DNA of 64,000 bases from an uncultured Candidatus Entotheonella sp. (GTDB lineage: Bacteria > Tectomicrobia > Entotheonellia > Entotheonellales > Entotheonellaceae): the NCBI GenBank assembly GCA_965215335.1, contig CBDCDA010000001.1, positions 1,184,001 through 1,248,000 on the forward strand. The letters run 5' to 3'. The translations under genes were made by a program, and so were the position numbers. The notes beneath the pieces were generated by a model, which searched no databases, had not been told where the DNA came from, and saw nothing but the letters and a program-made list of their open reading frames with translations. The first letter of the stretch is position 1. Each line of letters starts with the position of its first letter. Below are positions 27,799-35,714 of the stretch, piece by piece.

Positions 27799-28221
27799 TT
27801 ACTGAATGTAAATGTCCAGATTTCCGGCTCCCGTCCATCCGGTAAACTGCACCCGGGAGAAGCGGCGGTGCACGATGTTGAGGCGCTGGTAAAATTCTAC
27901 CGTGAACGCCACCCGGACCTGGTCGCCCTCCTGCCCGAGCACCCGCACCCACGGGGCCATCATGTCTTCGAGTATTTCATCGTCGATATGGATGCACAGT
28001 TCCTCGCCGTTCTCGTTGCGCAGTTCCTGCCGCAATGCCTGGACGTCCCTGCCGGCGCGCTGCCCCGCCGCCGCTTGCCCGTAGGCTGCCTGGCTGACGC
28101 AAACCCATGCGCCCCTGAGCAGCGTGTGCGGGCGGTCATCGTCGTGGTGGCCCTGGGCGATGCCCAGCAGCAGGACGATCAGCAGCATGACAAGACCTGA
28201 GTGATTCACACGGCGTCTCAT
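27799..28221 (-). CDS. Hypothetical secreted protein
   Basis: N-terminal signal peptide, two Cys; co-oriented in the dehydrogenase operon. Confidence 0.65.
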   Translation of the reverse strand: MRRRVNHSGLVMLLIVLLLGIAQGHHDDDRPHTLLRGAWVCVSQAAYGQAAAGQRAGRDVQALRQELRNENGEELCIHIDDEILEDMMAPWVRVLGQEGDQVRVAFTVEFYQRLNIVHRRFSRVQFTGWTGAGNLDIYIQ

Positions 28222-28245
28222 AGCTCACACCCCCTCTTGCTGCGT

Positions 28246-28704
28246 TTAGTAGTCCTTCCAGTTCGCCCCGTCCAGAGCGAGCGTTTCAAGGTAGGCGCCA
28301 ATGTGCGAAATCTGCTCGGCGTTCAGCACCCCGGCCCACGGCGGCATTTTCAACTTGGGTCTGCCGGCTATGACGATGGACATGAACTGACTGTAGCCGG
28401 CCCAGAAGCGGCGCAGGTCCTTGGCGTATCCGCCCCAGCGCGGCGAGATGCCGTCGGCCTTCACCCCGTGGCACTGCACGCACCAGGTAAAATAGAGCTT
28501 GCCCCCTTCCATGACCGCGTCGCACTGCCCCGAGTAGGGATTCGACGACGGTACCGGATCTTCAGGAAGCGTCAGGGTGTTGGTTCCATCCGTGCACTCC
28601 TCGGCGGCCAGCGCATGCCTGGGGCCGGGCAGCATCAACAGGCTCATCACCACGACGGCAGTGGCAAGAAACCGCACCCGAGTCATGCCCGAGTTGGTGA
28701 TCAC
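28246..28704 (-). CDS. Monoheme cytochrome c (XoxG/ExaB-like electron acceptor)
   Basis: Signal peptide, CVQCH, distal KMPPW; directly downstream of the PQQ dehydrogenase. Confidence 0.88.
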   Translation of the reverse strand: MITNSGMTRVRFLATAVVVMSLLMLPGPRHALAAEECTDGTNTLTLPEDPVPSSNPYSGQCDAVMEGGKLYFTWCVQCHGVKADGISPRWGGYAKDLRRFWAGYSQFMSIVIAGRPKLKMPPWAGVLNAEQISHIGAYLETLALDGANWKDY

Positions 28705-28734
28705 GTTTGTTTCTCCTTCCCCTGCAGTAAACAG

Positions 28735-28776
28735 AAAAAATGGCGGGGCAGGAAACCTTGCGTTTCCTGTCCCGCC
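28735..28776 (-). terminator. Intrinsic terminator/attenuator between the PQQ dehydrogenase and cytochrome c
   Basis: Minus strand ggcgggacaggaaac-gcaag-gtttcctgccccgcc followed by ATTTTTT. Confidence 0.7.
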
Positions 28777-28791
28777 GTCGTCAGCCCGTGT

Positions 28792-30588
28792 CTACGGGAG
28801 CGCGAACGTGACGAGCGCGGCCGTCGACTGATAGTTGATGAGCTTCTCATCCCCGTACAGGGCCAGCACGGCGCCAGCAACGTAGGTCCCATGACCGACC
28901 ACCATGGACACGTACTGCTTGCCGCCGGCATCGTAGGAAATGATGCCGCCGTTGTGCCCGGTGCCGTTGTTGAAACGCCACAGCGTGTCGCCGGTATCGG
29001 CGTCCAGCGCCTCCGCCCAGCCGTCCATGGTGCCGTTGAATATCAGGCCGCTGGCGGTGGACATCAGCGCCGAATGCGGGATGATGTCATAACGCTTGTC
29101 CCAGGTCAGTTCGGCGGTCACCGGGTTGCGCGCCGTGATGCGTCCGTGCGCCGTGTCGCCCGGCGGATGCGTGCCTACCCATTCGGCGGCCATGAAGACC
29201 TGCGCGAACGGCTCCGTGACGCGCGTCTCGGTACCGAAGGAGATCGTGGTGCCGCCGCCCTCGGGGGCAACCGTCAGCCACATACACCATTCCTGGACCA
29301 CCCGATAGTGCAGCCCGGTCTGCGGGTTGTACGTGCCGGCGTTCCAGCTATGGCCGCCGTCGATGGCCGGGCAAACCAGCGTGCGCACGCCGGCCTTGGG
29401 CCACAGCATGTTCTCGAACTCGCCCGTTTCCAGATTGAAGCCGGACGTCCAGTTCTGGCTCTTCTGGGCCGGGTACACGTTCACGGGCTTGCCGCTCTTG
29501 GGCTCGTGCACGTGGTTGAAACCGTTCTTGCCGGGGTGGAGAACCAGGGTCCGGCCGTTGTCCTCGAACAGGACGTACTCGCCCGGAGAAGCGTCGTAGT
29601 CGTAGGGATCGCTCGGCGCTTCCTGGAAGTACCAGTTCAGCTTGCCGGTATCCAGGTCCAGAGCGATCGTGGAGGAGGTGTACAGGTTGTCACCCGGCCG
29701 CCAGCCGTTGGCGTTCGGGTCACGGCACTGGTCACCGCAGTAGTCGTAGTCGGGATCCGGGTTGCTCGTACCCATCAGGATCTGATTGTTCGCGTAGTCC
29801 ACGGTACCCGGCTGCCAGGAGCCGCCGCCGCCGTACTTCCACGAGTCACCGCCCCAGGTGGCGAGGGCTGCGGGGTCGCCGCGGCCCGTGGTGTAGAACG
29901 TCCACTTCAGGTCGCCCGTCTTGGGATCGAGACCGAAGATGCGGCCTTCAATCGGATACTCGCCGCCGTTCTGACCAATGACGAGCAGATCGGAATTGAC
30001 GAAGGTGGCGGCGCCACTGAAGCCCGCGGTGTCCTTCTGGGAATTGACCAGCTTGCGGTCCCAGATGATCTCGGCGGTGTTCTCGTCAATCGCCACCACG
30101 CGGCCATCGGCCAGGCCCATGTAGAGGCGCCCGTCGCCAATGGAAGTGCCGCGGGAGTGGGCGAACACGGAACGCGCCACAACGGCCTCGTCCATTTCAG
30201 GCACGAAGGCCCAGATGCGCTCACCCGTCGCGCCGTCGAGCTTCCAGATCGTGGACGGGTTGGCGGGGAGGTAAATATTGCCACCAATGGCCAACGGCGT
30301 GCTGTGCAGGCCGGCATTGCCGCTGCCGGTGCCGCCGCCACCAGGCAGGAAGATCCACGCCGGTCTGAGCTGGGACACGTTGTCCTTGGTGATCTGATCC
30401 AGCGGGCTGTGACGCCAGGCCTTGTCGACGGTGCGATGGTACGCGCACCAGTTCTCGGCCGGGCAGTTCAGGATGCTGTCGGCGCTCGAGCTGCCGTGGC
30501 TCATCGCCAGCGCGGCCGGAGCCGCGAGCAACCCGGCTATTGCCAGAAACGCCAGGGCCTTACCAAGTCTTGCCATTGCCTTGCACAT
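28792..30588 (-). CDS. Periplasmic PQQ-dependent dehydrogenase (methanol/ethanol family fold), candidate lanthanide-dependent
   Basis: SPLDQIT..NV..L..AW, Trp-docking repeats, GGE, GTSNP, RPGDNLY, YDYDAS, KNG; AGGAGG precedes ATG 30588. Confidence 0.92.
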   Translation of the reverse strand: MCKAMARLGKALAFLAIAGLLAAPAALAMSHGSSSADSILNCPAENWCAYHRTVDKAWRHSPLDQITKDNVSQLRPAWIFLPGGGGTGSGNAGLHSTPLAIGGNIYLPANPSTIWKLDGATGERIWAFVPEMDEAVVARSVFAHSRGTSIGDGRLYMGLADGRVVAIDENTAEIIWDRKLVNSQKDTAGFSGAATFVNSDLLVIGQNGGEYPIEGRIFGLDPKTGDLKWTFYTTGRGDPAALATWGGDSWKYGGGGSWQPGTVDYANNQILMGTSNPDPDYDYCGDQCRDPNANGWRPGDNLYTSSTIALDLDTGKLNWYFQEAPSDPYDYDASPGEYVLFEDNGRTLVLHPGKNGFNHVHEPKSGKPVNVYPAQKSQNWTSGFNLETGEFENMLWPKAGVRTLVCPAIDGGHSWNAGTYNPQTGLHYRVVQEWCMWLTVAPEGGGTTISFGTETRVTEPFAQVFMAAEWVGTHPPGDTAHGRITARNPVTAELTWDKRYDIIPHSALMSTASGLIFNGTMDGWAEALDADTGDTLWRFNNGTGHNGGIISYDAGGKQYVSMVVGHGTYVAGAVLALYGDEKLINYQSTAALVTFALP

Positions 30589-30744
30589 AACCCCTCCTTC
30601 GGGCAAATACCAACTCAATTTATCGCTGATGAGTTCCCTTGACAGGGAAGCCTTTCAACAAGATGCTCGAATCCAATAGCCGAACCGCACCACAAGTATG
30701 TAGCGAACTGCAACCTGTGATTTGTCTATTGGTTAAGCCGAGGG

Positions 30745-30773
30745 TTTATAATCGTCCTTGTCAGCCATGTCAA
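30745..30773 (-). promoter_or_regulatory. Near-consensus sigma70 promoter of the PQQ dehydrogenase operon
   Basis: Minus strand TTGACA-17 bp-TATAAA. Confidence 0.72.
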
Positions 30774-30862
30774 GCCCCTTTCGTGTTACCACTCCGATCC
30801 GCACTCTTGTCGTGAACCTCCGCGCCGGCGCAACGAGCCGGTTTTCCGGGGACGCAGACCAC

Positions 30863-31786
30863 ATGACGATCAGACGGAAGTTGCAGTTGGCATACGGCCT
30901 GATACTCCTGGCGACCGTCGGCATAGGCGTGCTCGCTGTATGGTCGGTGGCAAGCTGGCAACGTGCGTCGATGGATTTGACATACAGCCACATCCAGGGT
31001 GAACGGGTGGAAAGGGTGCGTGGCGATATCTACCGGCAAGTCAAAGAGGTCGTGGACTGGCTGACGCAAGAGGACAAGGATGCTGACGAAGAATTCCGTG
31101 CGCTGGCCGGGGTGACAAACCGCGAGCTGGATTCCCTGGCGGCTGGGACAAAGCGTGCGGAAGAGCGTCTGGCCGTACAGAGCTTGCGCCGTTCCTATGC
31201 GGAGATGCTGGCGTTTGCCAGAACGGTATTTGACGATCCACGGACGAACCTGGCAAATATGCCTTGGCTGGAAGAGAAGATCGAGAGCCAATTATTTCCG
31301 GAGTTGGAAAAGCGGATTGGGACGCTGAGGGCCTACTACCAGGAAGAAGCGGCCCGTTCGATCCAGGGAACACAGAAGGTGCAAGGGCTGACCCGTGGAC
31401 TGGCCGTGATGATCGTTCTCCTGTCCTTGATCCAGGGCGCCGTACTTCTGTTTGGCATTCAGCGCTGGCTGGTCAGACCTTTGGCCGAGATCGGCCGGTC
31501 AACAGCCGTCATCAGCACCGGCAATTTTGAGCATCGGGTGGTCCGCCGGTCACACGATGAGATGGGGGACTTGGCGCAAGCCATCAACCGGATGGCCGAG
31601 GAGCTGCGTGAGAGCCAGGCTCGTCTGGTTCAATCCGAGCGCCTCGCCGCGCTCGGCGAATTGGGAGCAAGTTCTGGTTGCCGTCCTGGGCAACGCGGCG
31701 GCCAAGAGGCCGCGCAGGCTGAGCGAAACCGGATTATCGGCGCCTGTCCACCCATGCAGCGGCTGAAAGACCGCGCCACCTTGTGA
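30863..31786 (+). pseudogene. HAMP-domain sensor histidine kinase, internally deleted
   Basis: Two TM + periplasmic domain + HAMP + QSERLAALGEL, then no H-box; an N-box-like EQVLVAVLGNA follows in another frame. Confidence 0.78.
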
Positions 31787-31867
31787 AATCCGCAGCAGCT
31801 GCTACACCACCGTCAGGTGTCTGCCATATCGTCATGATCGTCATGCGAAAACCGCCATGAGCCATCA

Positions 31868-32413
31868 TCAAGGTCGTTCATCCGCTTCCTGACCGATTTC
31901 CCAGGCTTCAACGGATACCTCGACGATGTCACCCGTGGCAGCGTCCACTTCGATCTTGAACTCCGTGCCGTCGGCAGTGACGAGGTCGATTTCATAGGAG
32001 GCATCACCGTTGCTTTCCAGTTCGTATTCCACCTCCTCAATCGTGCCGGGATAGATGCTGAGCGCCTTCGCACGGGCCTCCGCCTCGGACACCTTGGCCT
32101 GTTCCTGGAACAGCGGATCGGAACTCCCGGCGGCCTCCTGTTCGATCTCGTAGATCGTCCCGGTCAGGGCGTTGCACATGAGCTCCCATTCTCTGCCGTC
32201 GGTTCCACGGACCTCAATTTCGTAAGTCGGTACACCGCGCGGCGATACGACCAGATACTCCACCTTCAGAAAGTCCCCCGCTTTGACCGCGGAAGCGGCT
32301 ACGAGACACGTCTCGATATGCACCGTATCCTTGGCGACTTGCGCAAAGCTTACGGAGGCGCCAACCAACAACGCCAACATCACGATCCCCCCTTTTTTCC
32401 ATGTCTTGTTCAT
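31868..32413 (-). CDS. lanP: Secreted double-PepSY acidic protein, lanpepsy-like
   Basis: ETCL..A...G...KVEY...YEIEV...W...C.A.TG.I.EIEQE....DPLF...KVSEAEAR..AL...PG.I.EVEYE.E.NG.ASYE...EFKIEVDA.TG.IVE...IG.E matches my recollection of Methylobacillus LanP; GAGAGGAG precedes ATG 32413. Confidence 0.78.
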   Translation of the reverse strand: MNKTWKKGGIVMLALLVGASVSFAQVAKDTVHIETCLVAASAVKAGDFLKVEYLVVSPRGVPTYEIEVRGTDGREWELMCNALTGTIYEIEQEAAGSSDPLFQEQAKVSEAEARAKALSIYPGTIEEVEYELESNGDASYEIDLVTADGTEFKIEVDAATGDIVEVSVEAWEIGQEADERP

Positions 32414-32573
32414 GATCCGCAACTCCTCTCATTGGATGGAACATCGTATGTTTGCCCGTCCCAACAGCGCAGCGGCAAACCCTGCAATTGCCTTTGGCCC
32501 GAACATTCGGTCCTGACGGAAGTTTTCCGGTCCGACGTCCTCCGGACGACCAACGGTCGTGCACTTCCAGAGC

Positions 32574-32590
32574 AGCATAAACTGTGCCAA
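32574..32590 (-). promoter_or_regulatory. Sigma54 (-24/-12) promoter upstream of the lanP-like gene
   Basis: Minus strand TTGGCACAGTTTATGCT (GG-N10-GC). Confidence 0.6.
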
Positions 32591-32688
32591 GTTCTTGGCA
32601 GACGATCAGTCGCCTGGGACCATACACCTAACACCCTGCAATTGTGTGACTTACCGTGGGGTTGCGGGGAAATCTGCCGGTGTGTTGA

Positions 32689-32705
32689 CTGGCAGCACGG
32701 TTGCA
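32689..32705 (+). promoter_or_regulatory. Sigma54 (-24/-12) promoter upstream of the sensor kinase
   Basis: CTGGCAGCACGGTTGCA (GG-N10-GC). Confidence 0.5.
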
Positions 32706-32844
32706 TCTTGCCGCCGGCGATTCGGAAAAACCGGGCGCTCCCAGCCCCTGGGCGGGCTTATACGTACTGGCAATATGGGCTATGATGTCCACGCTTGGAC
32801 ACAGATCGTTCATTTTTGGACCTATGGCCGGTTGTAGAGAACTT

Positions 32845-34092
32845 ATGAAAAAAGCAAGGGTAATTTACGACCTCACCTGGATGATCCTCGCCATTTTACT
32901 CGCCTCTTTCCTTACCATCTTCTTCGATTTGTATGAGCGGATTATCCAATACACGCGCCCTCTCGAATCCTGGGAACTCGACGAGGTTCCCTTCTTCCTC
33001 TTTTTCGTGGCCCTGGCCTGCGCCTGGTTTGCCTATCGACGCTGCTGCGAATTGGTCCTGGAGATCGCCGAGCGCCGGCAAGTCGAGAAGGCGCTGACGG
33101 ATAGCGAGACCCGCTACCGTACCCTGGTGGAAGCCTCGGCGCAGGGCATCTATATCGACCAGCAAGGTACCATACGGTTTGCCAACCGGGCGCTGGGCCG
33201 GCTGTTCGGCTGCGAAAGTCCCGAAGCGCTTGTCGGCGAGAACGTGGAGCGGCTTTATGCGCCTCATGAGCACGCGCGCCTGACAGCCGCCAGCGCGGCC
33301 GCGCTGGCGGGCCATGCCGAGCCGCGGCGTTACGAATGGCACGGCGTCCACCGCGACGGCGCCATGCTGTGGCTCGAAAGCCTGCCGTTGCACATCACGT
33401 GGGATGGCGCCCCGGCGCTGATGGTGACGGTGCTGGACATCACGGAACGCAGGAGCCAGGAACAGGAACGCCGCAAGATCGCTTACGACATCCACGACGG
33501 CATCGCGCAGTTGATGGTGAGCGCCCAGTACCATCTGGAAACGTTCGATCACCTCTGGCGCGACGACGCTTCTCTCGCTGAGGACCAGCTGGGCCGCGGT
33601 CGCTCCAGGCTCCACCAGGCGATTGTCGAGACACGACGACTGATGACCCGGCTGCGCCCTGTCAGCCTCGAAACCCTGGGGTTGATTCCTGCCGTGCAAC
33701 AGTATCTGAACGAATTGGGCAGAGACGCAGGGTGGGAAATCGACTATCACGCCGAGGTCGCCGCCCTGAATCTCTCCCCGGATGGGGAAACCGCCCTCTT
33801 CCGCATTCTGCAAGAGGCGCTGACGAATGCCTGGAAGCATGCGCAGACGCCCATGGTGCGTCTCGGCCTGCATACCGAAGGCGAAAAAGACGACCTGCTG
33901 GTCGTCTGTATCCAGGACTGGGGAAACGGTTTCGAGCCCGACCGGCTCCAGTCCGATGCCCAGGGCATCGGTCTCATGGGCATGCGTGAGCGCGCTCGAC
34001 TGCTAGGCGGGGTCTGCAGCATCGAGAGTCGTCCGGGTCGCGGCACCACCGTGCGGCTGCGGATTCCTCTGCAGCATGGAGAAATCCTGTGA
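32845..34092 (+). CDS. PAS-domain sensor histidine kinase (HisKA_3, NarX/UhpB type)
   Basis: Two TM, PAS, DIHDGIAQ, FRILQEALTNAWKHA, DWGNGF, GLMGMRER. Confidence 0.92.
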   Translation: MKKARVIYDLTWMILAILLASFLTIFFDLYERIIQYTRPLESWELDEVPFFLFFVALACAWFAYRRCCELVLEIAERRQVEKALTDSETRYRTLVEASAQGIYIDQQGTIRFANRALGRLFGCESPEALVGENVERLYAPHEHARLTAASAAALAGHAEPRRYEWHGVHRDGAMLWLESLPLHITWDGAPALMVTVLDITERRSQEQERRKIAYDIHDGIAQLMVSAQYHLETFDHLWRDDASLAEDQLGRGRSRLHQAIVETRRLMTRLRPVSLETLGLIPAVQQYLNELGRDAGWEIDYHAEVAALNLSPDGETALFRILQEALTNAWKHAQTPMVRLGLHTEGEKDDLLVVCIQDWGNGFEPDRLQSDAQGIGLMGMRERARLLGGVCSIESRPGRGTTVRLRIPLQHGEIL

Positions 34093-34754
34093 ACCCGGGA
34101 GCGCAGCGCCGCATACGGGTCGTGATAGCCGATGATCACCCGGTGGTGCGGGAAGGCTTGCGGAGCATGCTCTCGACGGCTGCGGACATGGAGGTCATTG
34201 GCGAGGCTGGCAGCGGGGCCGAGGCAGTGGCGCAAGCCCGGGTCCTGCGGCCGGAGGTCATGCTGCTCGATATCCGCATGCCCGACGGGAATGGCCTGGC
34301 GGTCCTGAATCAGATCAAGGCGGTGTCTCCCGACACCAGTGTCATCATGGTTACCATGCACGACAATCCCGATTACCTCGCACGCGCCATAGCCGGCGGC
34401 GCCGCCGGCTACGTCCTCAAGGAGGCGCAGCGCCACGACCTCCTCACGGCGGTCCGCACGGTGCTCGAGCCCTCGGCGGCACCCACCCCTGTGCTGTTGA
34501 GCAAATCCCAGCGGGTGGCCGCCAATGGTGTACAGGGGCCGTCGTCGTCAGGGGCCGCGTCGCTCAGCCCGGTCGAACGCGAATTGCTCCTCCTGCTGGC
34601 CGACGGCCTCAGCAATAAAGAGATCAGTGCGCGCATGCGCTGCAGCCTGGGAACCGTGAAGAATTACCTCCAGCATGTCTTCACTGCCCTCCGGGTCTCA
34701 GACCGAACCCGCGCAGTTGTCGAAGCCATCCGCCTCGGGCTCATTGAGCCGTGA
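34089..34754 (+). CDS. NarL/LuxR-family response regulator
   Basis: ADDHPVVREG, LLDIRMP, GLSNKEIS...TVKNY. Confidence 0.93.
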   Translation: MNPGAQRRIRVVIADDHPVVREGLRSMLSTAADMEVIGEAGSGAEAVAQARVLRPEVMLLDIRMPDGNGLAVLNQIKAVSPDTSVIMVTMHDNPDYLARAIAGGAAGYVLKEAQRHDLLTAVRTVLEPSAAPTPVLLSKSQRVAANGVQGPSSSGAASLSPVERELLLLLADGLSNKEISARMRCSLGTVKNYLQHVFTALRVSDRTRAVVEAIRLGLIEP

Positions 34755-34938
34755 GATCGTAGCCACCTGGCCATGACGCCTTGGCCAGGTGGCGGCATTG
34801 CGGATTCGCGCCCTCCTTCCCCATTGACGATTCATCGTGAGCATGGGCATATGGCAGTGCAGGAAGCCGCCCTGATGCGGACGCTCACTCCCCCCTTGAG
34901 CAAAAGCCCAGGAATTCGGAGCACGCAGGCGACGATGG

Positions 34939-35694
34939 ATGATGAGTGAACGTCTGATCGACATATGCGATGCGACTTTCGGATACGGCCGCACGGTCGT
35001 CCTGCAGAAGGTGCAGTTTGGCCTTGCGGCGGGAGATTTCGTCGGCCTTGTCGGACCCAACGGAGCGGGCAAGACGACGTTGCTGCGCGGCCTGTTGGGC
35101 CTCGTCAGGTCGCAGCGGGGTGAGCGGCGGGTTCGTCCGCCTGCGGGTGCTGCCAGCGTGGTATTCGGATACGTGCCACAGGAAAAGGCGGTCGACCCCT
35201 TCTTCCCCTTGTCGGTGTTGGACGTCGTGCTCATGGGGCGTTACCGGCTGCTGGGGCCGGGCCGGCGCCCAGCGCTTCTGGACCGGCATGCCGCGCTGGC
35301 GTGTCTTGCCCACGTGCAGCTCGAGCATCACGCTGACGCAGCATTTCAGGAGTTGTCGGGCGGCCAGAAACAACGGGTCCTTCTGGCCCGCGCCTTGGCT
35401 GCCGAACCGCACGTCCTGGTGCTTGACGAACCCACCAGCGCCATGGACCTGGCGGCCGAAAAGCGACTCATGGCCGTGATCAGGGAGCAGCATGAGGCTC
35501 AAGGGCTGACGGTCGTGTTGGCCACGCACGATCTGAATCTGATCGGGCGCTACGCTTCCAGGATTGCCATTGTCGCGGGTGGGCAGGTCATCAGCGGCTC
35601 ACCAACGGAACTTTTGGAGACTCGGCAACTCAGTGAGGTATACGGCGTCGACCTGCAGGTGCACGACGTCCAGGGCCGGCGCCTGATCGTCTGA
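34939..35694 (+). CDS. Metal ABC transporter ATP-binding protein (ZnuC/MntA type)
   Basis: GPNGAGKTT, GYVPQ, LSGGQKQR, LDEPT. Confidence 0.93.
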   Translation: MMSERLIDICDATFGYGRTVVLQKVQFGLAAGDFVGLVGPNGAGKTTLLRGLLGLVRSQRGERRVRPPAGAASVVFGYVPQEKAVDPFFPLSVLDVVLMGRYRLLGPGRRPALLDRHAALACLAHVQLEHHADAAFQELSGGQKQRVLLARALAAEPHVLVLDEPTSAMDLAAEKRLMAVIREQHEAQGLTVVLATHDLNLIGRYASRIAIVAGGQVISGSPTELLETRQLSEVYGVDLQVHDVQGRRLIV

Positions 35695-35714
35695 GGCTAC
35701 GGAGAATCAACGCG

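Noticed and set aside
28792..30588. Calling the dehydrogenase xoxF, mxaF or exaF
   Set aside because: It lacks the vicinal Cys-Cys and other clade signatures, so no symbol was assigned.
28201..30642. 813-aa plus-strand ORF
   Set aside because: Antisense shadow of the PQQ dehydrogenase and cytochrome c, typical of high-GC DNA.
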